Source: a virus. Taken from it: a DNA stretch of 64,000 nt. Below, in pieces: positions 45,933 through 55,671 of the stretch. Numbering within the stretch: the first letter of the stretch is position 1; each line of letters starts with the position of its first letter. A program made the position numbers and the translations under genes. The stretch is from positions 1-64,000 of the IMG/VR virus record IMGVR_UViG_3300037467_001462; one strand, 5' to 3'. A model generated the notes under the pieces. It searched no databases. It saw only the letters and a program-made list of their open reading frames with translations, and was not told where the DNA came from.

Positions 45933-46294
45933 ACAGCGAGCCGCTGGACGGCTGCTGGTGCGGTCGACCGCCCCACGATGACCTGCTCGACGGGTGTGTG
46001 GGAGACAGGTTCCTGCACGCCATGTTCGGGCCGCCCACGGTCGAGTCGATGATCCTCGCCGCTATCACCATGTACGGGGATCTGCTCGCGATGGCGGTCG
46101 TGGGCGACGCAACACGATTGGTGCCGTTCGGGGAGACACCAGAGTCCATCCTGAATGCCGTTCGACCGGACACCGAACCCGATATCGAAACCGACAAGGC
46201 GATGCTGCGGCTCGCCGGCATGGACGTCACGGACGCCGATATCGAGTCACTGCGCGACCGGTATTGGCCTAACCGATCGGAGTGGGCCGCATGA
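45929..46294 (+). CDS. Hypothetical protein
   Basis: ATGA-coupled with RBS. Confidence 0.6.
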   Translation: MNSEPLDGCWCGRPPHDDLLDGCVGDRFLHAMFGPPTVESMILAAITMYGDLLAMAVVGDATRLVPFGETPESILNAVRPDTEPDIETDKAMLRLAGMDVTDADIESLRDRYWPNRSEWAA

Positions 46295-46557
46295 GCATCC
46301 GCCGCATGGTGTCCGAACTCCCGACCCTGCGACTCCCACCCGGCATCACCCGCTACCGGATCAACCTGAAACGCGACGACGGGACATGGGAGCACGGCGA
46401 ATGGATTACCGGCCCGCCACCTCAACCCGCTACCGGTTTGCGCGGCAATCTACTCGAATACGACATGCGGACACTCACACCGCCGAAGCTGACGATCCTC
46501 GGCGACACGACCCGCACATGGAACACCGACATCTACAACCCTGAGGAGAACCAGTGA
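46291..46557 (+). CDS. Hypothetical protein
   Basis: ATGA-coupled with RBS. Confidence 0.6.
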   Translation: MSIRRMVSELPTLRLPPGITRYRINLKRDDGTWEHGEWITGPPPQPATGLRGNLLEYDMRTLTPPKLTILGDTTRTWNTDIYNPEENQ

Positions 46558-46812
46558 CCGAGACCCTGACGAGTCTGCCGATCCACGCTATCCCGCTCGT
46601 ATTCCACACCGTGCCACTCGAACTGCTCGCGATCTGGACTTACGGGCAGTGAGCGAGCAACAGTACCCGTACGGTATCGGTTCCCCAATCGCGTTCGTCG
46701 ACCCAGCGACCGGGAAACTCGTGCACGTCGGCTACTTGAAAGAGTGGCGGGCCATCAACAACGAATACACGTTGACGACCGTCGCCAGCCGCGAAGAACT
46801 AGGAATTGCTGA

Positions 46813-47091
46813 ATGACCGCGAAATCCGACACCGACTACAACAAGCGCCTTGGCAACTACACCCTCTACCGGCTCTGGGCGGCCGACGAACTGCTGTACG
46901 TCGGTTTGACGATCACGCCGCGGACACGATTCGCGCAGTACAACCGGATGGTCGGGTGGTGGACTGAGGTCACCCACATAACTGTCGAGCATTTGGAATC
47001 GGTCAGCCGCATTGAGGCGCACGCTCGCGAGGCTGCCACGATCCAGGCGGAAAACCCTCGATACAATCGCGCCCACAATAAGGTCGCTTAA
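46813..47091 (+). CDS. Small GIY-YIG nuclease-like protein
   Basis: TLYRL...LLYVG.T...R...E...I..ENPRYN. Confidence 0.75.
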   Translation: MTAKSDTDYNKRLGNYTLYRLWAADELLYVGLTITPRTRFAQYNRMVGWWTEVTHITVEHLESVSRIEAHAREAATIQAENPRYNRAHNKVA

Positions 47092-47167
47092 CTTTCGGTC
47101 GTGTGTGCACGGGCCGACGTGAACCTGAACGTTTATTCGGGTTTGCGTCGGCTGAAATAATCAGTAT

Positions 47168-47470
47168 GTGCGAGAACCAGTAGTCGTCCCCCGCAAGCTC
47201 CAACAGTTGACTGTCAGCGACCTGACCGTGAACGAAACCGGATTCGTGTGCGCGGAAGCACTGCTCGCTAACCGATTCACGGGCGAACTGTACATCGAAG
47301 AGTCAGCAATAGTCGGCGACGCTGATGATCTCAGCAGCGGGTCCGTCGCTGTGACGAAATACCCTCAAGGTTACGTCGTTGCATTCCCGAAAAGCTTCCG
47401 AGTCCCACTTGGCGTCACCGGCACCTCCAATTGGCTGCCCGTCATCGACTTCAGGATCCCCGATGAGTGA
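47168..47470 (+). CDS. Hypothetical protein with atypical, lower-GC composition
   Basis: 100-aa ORF. Confidence 0.5.
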   Translation: MREPVVVPRKLQQLTVSDLTVNETGFVCAEALLANRFTGELYIEESAIVGDADDLSSGSVAVTKYPQGYVVAFPKSFRVPLGVTGTSNWLPVIDFRIPDE

Positions 47471-47753
47471 CGAACCCGAATACAACCTCGTGATGCCCTT
47501 CGTCACCTGCGCATCCAAAGGCGGACCACACGACGACACCGCGTACGTCGCCGGCTGGGAAATGGGTGCCCTCGACATCATTTTGGGTCTCGCGGTCGGT
47601 ATCGCATCCGAAATCAACCGCACCCTTCGCGTCGAAAACCAGGCACAAGCTGACCTGCTCGCCATGAAACACGGATACCACGCCGTATTCGAGGCCATCA
47701 ACGACGAATGGGTCCACGCACGGTTCATGGAACAAGGCGCCCCAATTGACTGA
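47463..47753 (+). CDS. Hypothetical protein
   Basis: MPFVTCASKGGPHDDTAYVAGWEMG motif. Confidence 0.65.
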   Translation: MSDEPEYNLVMPFVTCASKGGPHDDTAYVAGWEMGALDIILGLAVGIASEINRTLRVENQAQADLLAMKHGYHAVFEAINDEWVHARFMEQGAPID

Positions 47754-47961
47754 CCAAGAGACCACCTATCGTGCCCGCGTGCGTCGAGGGTATCGGGAAA
47801 CCTGCCGAGAATGCGGGCACGGACACCGGTATTGGGGCGTCTACATCATCGGTCGCAACGACACCTACACGTGGCTGGCGGCGCAGGGGCACTCTCACAT
47901 GTGGGCCTCGACAATGAAACTCGCCTACGAACTACTCGACGAGGTACGCGACCTTGACTGA
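47746..47961 (+). CDS. Hypothetical protein
   Basis: Overlapping operon gene; CRECGH. Confidence 0.5.
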   Translation: MTDQETTYRARVRRGYRETCRECGHGHRYWGVYIIGRNDTYTWLAAQGHSHMWASTMKLAYELLDEVRDLD

Positions 47962-48685
47962 CCGCGACATCGTCGACGAAATCGACGCGCTCGTAGACGC
48001 GCAACTCCAGCAAACCCGCTCCGGCTACGACCACAACATCAACCAGGACGACTGCCCGCACCCCTGGTGCGCCGAGAAGTGGCATGGGCTCGCCATCACC
48101 AAACGTATGCAGCAAATGCGTTCCCGGTGGAGTCGGGCGGTCCACTACTACGAAGACGAGCAGCGCGTCCCCGAGGAAGTCGCCGCGGAACTCGACGCCT
48201 ACCGGTATGACGAAGACGACTCTGAAATCATCTGCCCCGGATCGACATTTGTGGGCGAGTTCGAGCCGCCAGAACCACGCAACCAGTGGGGCGAAAGCTA
48301 TCCAGAGTGGACCGTCAGAGTGGGCGAGGGGTACGTCCGCCGTTCTGCAACCTGGGACGACGGCGGTTCGCACCTGCCCGTCGAAGTGCAGTTCCCTCGG
48401 CCACTCATCGTCAACCCGACGATCACCCTCTTCCGCGCGGAGGAGTCGGGCTGGCAGGAACTCGGCACGATCGAATCCAGCTCGTTCAGCTTCACAGCGG
48501 ATGAGTTCGAGCGTGCTGGTGGGATAAGCATCCCTGCGTGGGATTCGAGCGATCCGGCGAGCAGAGGACTGACTATCGCCCTCCGCATCGATGACGAGGC
48601 CGCACGGATCTTCGCGGGCGAATCCGACCGCCTCGGCTATGACGACGGCCGAACACTCACCGCACCAGGGGAACAAGCCGCATGA
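47954..48685 (+). CDS. Hypothetical protein
   Basis: GAGG RBS; CPHP.C...WHG motif. Confidence 0.65.
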   Translation: MTDRDIVDEIDALVDAQLQQTRSGYDHNINQDDCPHPWCAEKWHGLAITKRMQQMRSRWSRAVHYYEDEQRVPEEVAAELDAYRYDEDDSEIICPGSTFVGEFEPPEPRNQWGESYPEWTVRVGEGYVRRSATWDDGGSHLPVEVQFPRPLIVNPTITLFRAEESGWQELGTIESSSFSFTADEFERAGGISIPAWDSSDPASRGLTIALRIDDEAARIFAGESDRLGYDDGRTLTAPGEQAA

Positions 48686-48960
48686 CTGACCGTGTGCGCG
48701 ATGAGATCGACGAACTCGTGGACTGGCAACTCCGCCACCTCCACGAATACTCCCGTGACGGTTTCTGCCAATACTGCTCACACCAACGCTTGTTGAACGT
48801 GCGCGGATTCTGCCGGGACTGCATGAACGCACTCGACGCCGAATGGGACACCAGCGAAGAACTCAGCATCCCGGACGACGGCACCTGGTTCGAGGCACCC
48901 AGCCTGAACGGGCCATGGATGAAGGCGAAAGACCTCAACGACACCGGAGAAGCAGCATGA
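48682..48960 (+). CDS. Hypothetical zinc-binding protein
   Basis: CQYC...CRDC. Confidence 0.6.
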   Translation: MTDRVRDEIDELVDWQLRHLHEYSRDGFCQYCSHQRLLNVRGFCRDCMNALDAEWDTSEELSIPDDGTWFEAPSLNGPWMKAKDLNDTGEAA

Positions 48961-49322
48961 CCGATCCACGGCAGGTGCGTCCACGATGGTGGCGACTCGA
49001 CCCGCGCTCCAAGGTCGAGGTCATGATGGGGCGAGCCGAAGACCCCAACGAATGGAACCCAGACGCGCCTGTCCGGGTCGAACTCCGCAACTGCTTCAGC
49101 ATCCGCGAATTCCGACGAAACCGTATCGGCTGGACACCCGAGTTTCTGTACGGGCCGTGGCACACACACGACCTTGTTCGCTACCGGTGCGCAGACGGAT
49201 CGGAACTCTGTGCCATGACACGGGTCATCTACGACGACCCACTATTCGAAATTCACGCCTACGAGCCGCCTCCGCTCGGCGTCTGGCACGAGATCGAACC
49301 ACCCGAGGAGATAGCCGCATGA
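48957..49322 (+). CDS. Hypothetical protein
   Basis: ATGA-coupled. Confidence 0.6.
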   Translation: MTDPRQVRPRWWRLDPRSKVEVMMGRAEDPNEWNPDAPVRVELRNCFSIREFRRNRIGWTPEFLYGPWHTHDLVRYRCADGSELCAMTRVIYDDPLFEIHAYEPPPLGVWHEIEPPEEIAA

Positions 49323-49531
49323 CTGGTTTCTGGACCGACGACTACTGGGGACCGCACACACCCGGACCCGACTGCCCATGTGAGCCAAAGCTTGTCGAGT
49401 ACGACGTCCCTGGCCTCCCTCCCGATCATGGTCTGTACACGCAAACCGTCGTACTCGGGCTGCGACACCGCGGAGTCACCGAAGAAACCGCCCGCTACGA
49501 GAACCCGAACGTACCGGAGAACCAAGCATGA
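49319..49531 (+). CDS. Hypothetical protein
   Basis: ATGA-coupled; DCPCEP. Confidence 0.55.
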   Translation: MTGFWTDDYWGPHTPGPDCPCEPKLVEYDVPGLPPDHGLYTQTVVLGLRHRGVTEETARYENPNVPENQA

Positions 49532-49977
49532 ACCTGTTCCTGAAACTCGCCGACAGAAACGGTGACCCGTTCTACGTCCGCGCAGACAGCATCGACGGAG
49601 TAGGACCAGGGCTCGGCCTACACGCTGGCATGACTGCCCTACTCATCCACGGCATCAACATCTACTGTGCCGAACCCGTCGCCGCCGTAATCGACGCCAT
49701 CACCGACAGCCTCACCGGCGACATCATCGAAGTTGAGCAGCCCCGCCCGAACGAGCCGATGAACGAACTCCTCCACGACACCCTCACCGCCTGGGGTGAA
49801 ACGATCTCCGCGCAAATCCGGGACTGCACGCCCGAAGCGAAACTCGTTCTAGCCGTGCACGACAACGCGCCACGCTCCAGTGAGGACGGCCACCCTTATC
49901 TGCTGCCCGTCGCTGACGTCGTCCTGCTGCGGAACCTGCTGAACGCAGCCACCGAACGCGGAGAACTCCCCGAATGA
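49528..49977 (+). CDS. Hypothetical protein
   Basis: ATGA-coupled. Confidence 0.6.
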   Translation: MNLFLKLADRNGDPFYVRADSIDGVGPGLGLHAGMTALLIHGINIYCAEPVAAVIDAITDSLTGDIIEVEQPRPNEPMNELLHDTLTAWGETISAQIRDCTPEAKLVLAVHDNAPRSSEDGHPYLLPVADVVLLRNLLNAATERGELPE

Positions 49978-50333
49978 CCGACCCGCAGCCGTACGACAAC
50001 GGCGGAAACATCCCTAAAGGGGGGCGCGTCGTCTCCACCTTCGACGAGTGGACCGAATGGGTCGCAAGCCTGGAACAGTGGCGAGACCGACGCCCCCCGA
50101 TCGCGTACGCGACAGGTGAACTAGCGGACGCGATCCGGAAGCGCTTCGGAGTCGACGACAACGCGCCCGTCCGCATCGGTGAACAGTTCAACATGACCCG
50201 CATGGGACTCGTCGCGTGGATCGACTGCAACCACACTGACCTCCCGAACCATCGAGACGCCACCTTCGATGTGCCACGCCGCAACGGCTACGACTGGGGC
50301 GCGATCCGCACATGGCTGGAGGGCGGCGAATGA
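49974..50333 (+). CDS. Hypothetical protein
   Basis: ATGA-coupled. Confidence 0.6.
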   Translation: MTDPQPYDNGGNIPKGGRVVSTFDEWTEWVASLEQWRDRRPPIAYATGELADAIRKRFGVDDNAPVRIGEQFNMTRMGLVAWIDCNHTDLPNHRDATFDVPRRNGYDWGAIRTWLEGGE

Positions 50334-50509
50334 CCACACCACTGCCGATGCTCACCGCAGAACAGGTCCGGGAATACCTCGCCGGCAGAACCGGATACGC
50401 GCCGATCCTTGCTGACCTGCTCCGCCGCCTCTGGCTCGCCGAATCGACCTGCATCGACCTCTCAGACCGCGTCGAACACCTGGAACGAATCGCGGGAATC
50501 GAGCCATGA
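50330..50509 (+). CDS. Hypothetical protein
   Basis: ATGA-coupled. Confidence 0.55.
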   Translation: MTTPLPMLTAEQVREYLAGRTGYAPILADLLRRLWLAESTCIDLSDRVEHLERIAGIEP

Positions 50510-50736
50510 CCGCCTGGTCTGTGCATTTCTGCCCGCTCGACCCCGATTGCTGCATAGCTGGTACACCGTGGCGTCTCACCCTCAACACGCCCTGGGGTGA
50601 TCTGCTCGTCGCGTTCCGGTGGGGCGACCGCTTCCAACTCTGGCTGCCCTGGAAAACCCGAGGACTCTTGGGCGGGCGGTCGAACTACTCGCGCTGGTTC
50701 ACGCCAATCGCATGGCACCCGAGGAGAAACGCATGA
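50506..50736 (+). CDS. Trp-rich hypothetical protein
   Basis: ATGA-coupled. Confidence 0.5.
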   Translation: MTAWSVHFCPLDPDCCIAGTPWRLTLNTPWGDLLVAFRWGDRFQLWLPWKTRGLLGGRSNYSRWFTPIAWHPRRNA

Positions 50737-51077
50737 ACACCGATTGCCCGTTCTGTGGCCGCATCCAGTGCGGCGAATACGAGCACCTGTACTGGGACCT
50801 GCACGGCGATGTCGTCCGCTTCGAACCGCTGAACCCTGTCACGCCGGGACACATGCTGTTCGTGCCCGTGCAGCACGCCGAACACCCCGACTGGTCCGCT
50901 GTGAGTCGCGCGATGGGTTGGGCCGCGCAATACGGGTGCGCCGACGACTTCAACCTCATCACCTCATCGGGTGCGGCTGCCACGCAGACAGTCCCGCACA
51001 TTCACATCCACTATGTGCCTCGACGCGAAGGCGACGGACTGCACCTGCCGTGGACCGGACAGAAGAAGGCCGCGTGA
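50733..51077 (+). CDS. HIT-family nucleotide hydrolase
   Basis: CPFC, PVTPGHMLFVP, QTVPHIHIHYVPR. Confidence 0.92.
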   Translation: MNTDCPFCGRIQCGEYEHLYWDLHGDVVRFEPLNPVTPGHMLFVPVQHAEHPDWSAVSRAMGWAAQYGCADDFNLITSSGAAATQTVPHIHIHYVPRREGDGLHLPWTGQKKAA

Positions 51078-51258
51078 TGTTCCACCTCCACACCGACGCT
51101 TGCCCGATCCCGCTGCCACTGCACCACGGACGCATGTGGCCGATGTACATCAGCCCGTTCGCGCCCCGACTGCTCGACCCGAATGTTCAGGAAACCCCTG
51201 ATGTTCGGTGGGCAACGGAACACGGCAATAACCCGAACACGGAGAACACGAACCCCGC

Positions 51259-51792
51259 ATGTTGAGCGTCATCATCGCCCTAGTCGTCGCAGGCATCATC
51301 GTCCTCATAGCCGCCATCGCAGCCATCTTCGAAGGCCAAGACTTCGGGTTCTTCTCCGGGCTCGGAGTGTTCGCCGGCGGCACCATCTTCGCAGGAATGA
51401 TCGGTTTCTGCTGCGGCATGCTGACCGTCGGCATCGGCAACCTCGCCCTCGACCACAACGACCACTACAGGACCGTCAACCTCATCGCGTTGCGAGACGG
51501 CACCGGACAAACGGGCGAATACTTCCTCGGCACAGGCACAACCGACACCACCGGCAAATACGTCTTCTACTTCGCCGACAGTGACGGCGCGCGACACCTT
51601 GTGAACATCGACTCCGCTGACGTCCGCCTGTACGAGGACAGTCCGAAACCGTACGCGATCCAGTACATGGGCTGCGACCTCTCCGCCAAGTGGGTAGGTG
51701 CCTGCATCACTGGAGAGCCCAGGTTCGTCGAAATTCATGTCCCCACCGGCTCCATCCGCAACCAAGTCGACCTCAACCTCAACGCGAAGTGA
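51259..51792 (+). CDS. Membrane protein (2 TM plus soluble domain)
   Basis: Hydrophobic N-terminus. Confidence 0.7.
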   Translation: MLSVIIALVVAGIIVLIAAIAAIFEGQDFGFFSGLGVFAGGTIFAGMIGFCCGMLTVGIGNLALDHNDHYRTVNLIALRDGTGQTGEYFLGTGTTDTTGKYVFYFADSDGARHLVNIDSADVRLYEDSPKPYAIQYMGCDLSAKWVGACITGEPRFVEIHVPTGSIRNQVDLNLNAK

Positions 51793-51800
51793 GCGCCACC

Positions 51801-52067
51801 ATGAATCCTCCTGTCTCATTCCAGCCGTTCGACGGCGGCTGCCAATTCGTCGACAAGTTCGGCCGCGTCTACACCGCAACCGGATTCACGATCGAGGCGG
51901 GCGACCGCATCGGCGTCGAATCGTCCTACGACGGCCTGTGGTTCACCCTCGACCGCGACGATCAGCGAAACCGCTACCCACTCCGCGACGAGGGCGGCTG
52001 GCACTGCACCGATCTCACCGCGATCCGCGTGTGGAACAACCCGCGCCTGCCCGAGGAGGCCGTGTGA
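51801..52067 (+). CDS. Hypothetical protein
   Basis: Operon gene. Confidence 0.55.
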   Translation: MNPPVSFQPFDGGCQFVDKFGRVYTATGFTIEAGDRIGVESSYDGLWFTLDRDDQRNRYPLRDEGGWHCTDLTAIRVWNNPRLPEEAV

Positions 52068-52852
52068 GCAAGCATCATCGCCTAGTAGCTGAACTGGTCC
52101 GGCAACTCGACGACATCGTCAACCTCCGCCGCAACAGCCCCAACGAACTCTTCATCGACGCCACAGATGGCGGCGCCACGGTTCTTGACCTCGACGCCAT
52201 CGCGAAAGCCGTGGAAATGCCTAGTAAGAAGAAGCTGCGGAAGCGGTACCGGAAACTCGAAGACCGGTACGAAAACCTGTACAGCAAATTCCAGGACGCA
52301 GGCGCGCGGGCGTGGGAAGCGGACCAGGCACGCGACAAAGCCGAACGATGCGCGTCCATGCTCGAAAACGTGTTGACCCGCTGCACCTCAGCCTGGGAAC
52401 GGCAAGAGGCACTGTTCGAAAAGGAACTCGAACAAGCCGAAACCGATGTGCGGACACTCCTCAACGACATCGGGGAACCCGCCTTCTACGACGGCACACA
52501 CGAAGCAGGCCGCGTGCGAGCCATGCGCGACCGATACGGATACCCGCGCGACGCAACACCCGACGACCCGCCGAGACCGGCCGAAGACTCCGCTACGCCG
52601 CTCGAATTCAGATCCATATTCGCCGACACCGTAAACCGGCCGATCGACCGGGACATCATCGAACGCGACGGGCGGCGACCCGAAGGCAAATTCGGCAACC
52701 CGATGTGGGTCGCAGACGAGGAAGTCGAAGCCGAACGCGAAGCCGTCGAAGCATACTCGCGTGCTCACAACCACGACATGCACCCGTTCTGCCGCGAAAC
52801 CATCGCCCCAGACGGGACACGACGCGGCGAATGCATGAAAGACGCAGCATGA
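52064..52852 (+). CDS. Hypothetical coiled-coil protein
   Basis: GAGGAGG RBS, GTGA-coupled. Confidence 0.6.
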   Translation: MSKHHRLVAELVRQLDDIVNLRRNSPNELFIDATDGGATVLDLDAIAKAVEMPSKKKLRKRYRKLEDRYENLYSKFQDAGARAWEADQARDKAERCASMLENVLTRCTSAWERQEALFEKELEQAETDVRTLLNDIGEPAFYDGTHEAGRVRAMRDRYGYPRDATPDDPPRPAEDSATPLEFRSIFADTVNRPIDRDIIERDGRRPEGKFGNPMWVADEEVEAEREAVEAYSRAHNHDMHPFCRETIAPDGTRRGECMKDAA

Positions 52853-53190
52853 GCGCCCTATCCGACTTCCAAGAATCGGTACATCGGTCCGTCGTAGCCG
52901 AAGCGAAAGCCCAAGTAGCCAGGCTGAAAGAGGCCATCCCGAAGGCAGACGAAGCGTTCCAGCGCCTCCCGCTCGCCAGCACCACCCGCGAATGCCCGAA
53001 ATGCTTGTTCGGGATGCTCACCTACCGGTACCGGGCGTGCACCCACCTCGGCGACGACTGGTGGACAGTCCGCGAGGACCCGTACCTCGCGTCCCGCATG
53101 TTGATCGTCCGCAACTGTCCGCAATGCGGCGCCGACTGCTTCGAACGACCAGCAGACAGCATCAATGACTACGAGAGCAATGCAGCGTGA
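52849..53190 (+). CDS. Zinc-ribbon hypothetical protein
   Basis: CPKC...CPQCG. Confidence 0.6.
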   Translation: MSALSDFQESVHRSVVAEAKAQVARLKEAIPKADEAFQRLPLASTTRECPKCLFGMLTYRYRACTHLGDDWWTVREDPYLASRMLIVRNCPQCGADCFERPADSINDYESNAA

Positions 53191-53402
53191 GTAGCGGCCA
53201 GCTGCCGCGGGATCCGTTCTTCTTCCCGCACATGAAACACCGCGCCCGGAAACGACGACCCACCATCGACGAGGGCGCGTTCATGCGCATGCTCGACATG
53301 TTCCCGGACGTGCAGGAAGCATTGGGGGAGTTCGTGAAGCAGATCGCCGCCATGGAACCAACCTGGCGGGCCTTCGCTGAGGAAGTGAAGAAGGCCGCGT
53401 GA
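53187..53402 (+). CDS. Hypothetical protein
   Basis: GTGA-coupled. Confidence 0.55.
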   Translation: MSSGQLPRDPFFFPHMKHRARKRRPTIDEGAFMRMLDMFPDVQEALGEFVKQIAAMEPTWRAFAEEVKKAA

Positions 53403-53821
53403 GACGTCTCCTGATCACGGGCAGCCGCGATTGGGTCGACCGCGGAAAAATGCGTGCCGCACTCCGGGACGCTTGGCGGGAACTCGGACACGACACCATC
53501 CTCGTGCACGGTGCAGCACCAGGCGCCGACACGATGGCCGCCGAAATCTGGACCAGGGGAGGGCTATCGGTCGAAGCGCACCCCGCCGACTGGGACCGCC
53601 CCTGCGACACCAGCTGCTACCACCGGCCACGCGAAAAGAACGGCCGCTCCTACTGTCCACTCGCCGGCCATTACCGCAACCAACACATGGTTGACCTCGG
53701 CGCCGACCTACTGTTGGCGTTCCCGATGCCTGGTTCGCGCGGCACCTGGGACTGCCTGCGCCGCGCGAAGGTAGCCGAGATACCCAGACGGATCGTCTAC
53801 TCCCCGGGCTCCGAGAAGTAG
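53399..53821 (+). CDS. SLOG-superfamily (DUF2493/YspA-like) protein
   Basis: LITGSRDW, VHGAAPGAD, AG..RN..M, AFP...SRGT. Confidence 0.88.
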   Translation: MRRLLITGSRDWVDRGKMRAALRDAWRELGHDTILVHGAAPGADTMAAEIWTRGGLSVEAHPADWDRPCDTSCYHRPREKNGRSYCPLAGHYRNQHMVDLGADLLLAFPMPGSRGTWDCLRRAKVAEIPRRIVYSPGSEK

Positions 53822-54186
53822 ACGTCGAACCCGATAATCCGTGTCTTTCCTACATGCAGGGCGTAACGCCATTCACGCTCGAAATGCGTGGGCACCTCAA
53901 CTGCCGAAATGGTGTTGCCGACACGAGCGTTCGGGAAGGCGAGAGTGTGGCCGACACCGATCGTATTGCCGTTCGTGTCCACGATCGACACCTCCAGGTC
54001 CACTCGTTCGCCCAGGTCATCGTTCCCCGGCGTGATAAACAGCAGCACAGGTACAGTCACGGGATTGTCGGGCGCCTCCGAGGCCACGTAGTAGAGCGGT
54101 GAGCCGCCAACGACGTCGACCTTGTTCCCGCCTTGACCGGCCGAAAACTTCTCAGCGAACAGCACGCCTGTGATGATCATGCGCAT
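53797..54186 (-). CDS. Hypothetical beta-sandwich protein in opposite orientation (moron-like)
   Basis: About 129 aa; convergent overlap with SLOG gene. Confidence 0.55.
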   Translation of the reverse strand: MRMIITGVLFAEKFSAGQGGNKVDVVGGSPLYYVASEAPDNPVTVPVLLFITPGNDDLGERVDLEVSIVDTNGNTIGVGHTLAFPNARVGNTISAVEVPTHFEREWRYALHVGKTRIIGFDVYFSEPGE

Positions 54187-54882
54187 GAACTCCCAACTTG
54201 GAGGGTGAAGCATCAACGGTTGACGCCGTCACCGTACGTGGAAGTACCGACACGTCGGACCAGCAATCACACGCCATGCAGACGTGGCGCGTCCCTGCCC
54301 TCAGCGAACCACCACGGATCCTGCTTCGCCACCGCATCCACCCGCGCGAAACACGCCGGGCACATGGTGTGACCCGCCTTCGCGTCCACCTCAACCTGCT
54401 TGCAGATGTCACATAACCGGGGCTTCGCATCACTCACCACCGGATCCTAACCAGTCCGACCGACACCGCCAGTTCGACCAGGCAAACGAGAAAGCCGCCG
54501 CAGGCGGATTGTCTGCGGCGGCTTCGCTGGTAAACCTTGTGCTGGGTTTCTACCGGTTGATCCGAACCGTGCATGAGGATGGCTGGCTGTAGTTGGCGCT
54601 ACGACCAGCCCTACGCCCCCGCCTGTGAGAGCAGATCAGGAGCCTCAAACACGTTCCAGACGAGGATAAACGATCCCTGACATGGGCTGCAACATCACAG
54701 TCGCGACTGCTACCCTCAACCAGGTCAAGCTGAAGCAACCCGCGAAGCTGATGCCCAAAGCTGAGCCCCGGACCCGCGCAGACGGTCCGGGGCTCGGTCG
54801 TTTATTCGTGTGCCGATGTCACACCCCCCTCCTAACGTTGACAGCAAGCCCGGCAACCGGGGAACAACAACGAGGAAAGAGC

Positions 54883-55086
54883 ATGACAACCTATACACCA
54901 GTGAAAGCATCAGACCTGCCCAAGTACAAGGGGCGAACACTCCGCGAATTCGGCCTCATGGACGTCTGCGGGTACGTCGAAGGCGTCGGAATCGTCGCCA
55001 CCGCCGGCACGGGATTCGCCCGCCGCGACTACATCTGGCATCCCGACCAGATCATCGAAGTCGAAGACCTCCAAGACGCCCAGTAG
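54883..55086 (+). CDS. Hypothetical protein
   Basis: GAGGAAAG RBS; flanked by twin hairpins. Confidence 0.65.
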   Translation: MTTYTPVKASDLPKYKGRTLREFGLMDVCGYVEGVGIVATAGTGFARRDYIWHPDQIIEVEDLQDAQ

Positions 55087-55104
55087 CGACCCGGTGTAAA
55101 CACG

Positions 55105-55143
55105 AAGAGAGCCCCGGACACGTCCATTGTCCGGGGCTCTCTT
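55105..55143. terminator. Bidirectional terminator
   Basis: AAGAGAGCCCCGGACA/TGTCCGGGGCTCTCTT. Confidence 0.8.
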
Positions 55144-55153
55144 GTCTCGCAGG

Positions 55154-55300
55154 CTATGCGGCGTTGTGCCGGGCAGCGGGGTTGCTGTCTGCGGGCGGTA
55201 ATTCTCCGGCCACACTGAGGTACTGGCGTGCGCGCTCGACCGCTTCCGCCTTATACCAGGACGGATGCTGCATCACATACCGCGCCTCGAAAAGAGTCAC
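55154..55300 (-). CDS. Small hypothetical protein
   Basis: GTGA-coupled to upstream gene. Confidence 0.45.
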   Translation of the reverse strand: MTLFEARYVMQHPSWYKAEAVERARQYLSVAGELPPADSNPAARHNAA

Positions 55301-55671
55301 TGCCCGCTCCTGTCCTTCACGTGCTGTGCGGCCGCGATCAAAGCGGCAGCGAACGCGAGAGCGTGTTCCGGCGAGTCGATCGGGTTCTTCACCGACGTCC
55401 ATGTAATCCGGCCGTCCTGTTGCTGCACATACACCTCAGCGAACTTGCCGATCTCAGGAACCAGCCAACTCGACTGCTCCAAAGCGCCGACCTCCATCTC
55501 CGGCAGCTTCACCACCGCGAAACCAGCATTGAGGACGCGTTCGGCGGCTTCACACGCTGCGGCGCGACGATCCGGAAATCCCGCGACGGCCTGCCATGCG
55601 CCGTTGTCGCCATCCTCCAACGGCTCCCACACCTCGGGGTCGATGATCGCGGCCAACTGCTGACTATCCAT
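55297..55671 (-). CDS. Hypothetical protein
   Basis: A.AFAAALIAAA C-terminal motif common in actinophage early genes. Confidence 0.65.
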   Translation of the reverse strand: MDSQQLAAIIDPEVWEPLEDGDNGAWQAVAGFPDRRAAACEAAERVLNAGFAVVKLPEMEVGALEQSSWLVPEIGKFAEVYVQQQDGRITWTSVKNPIDSPEHALAFAAALIAAAQHVKDRSGQ

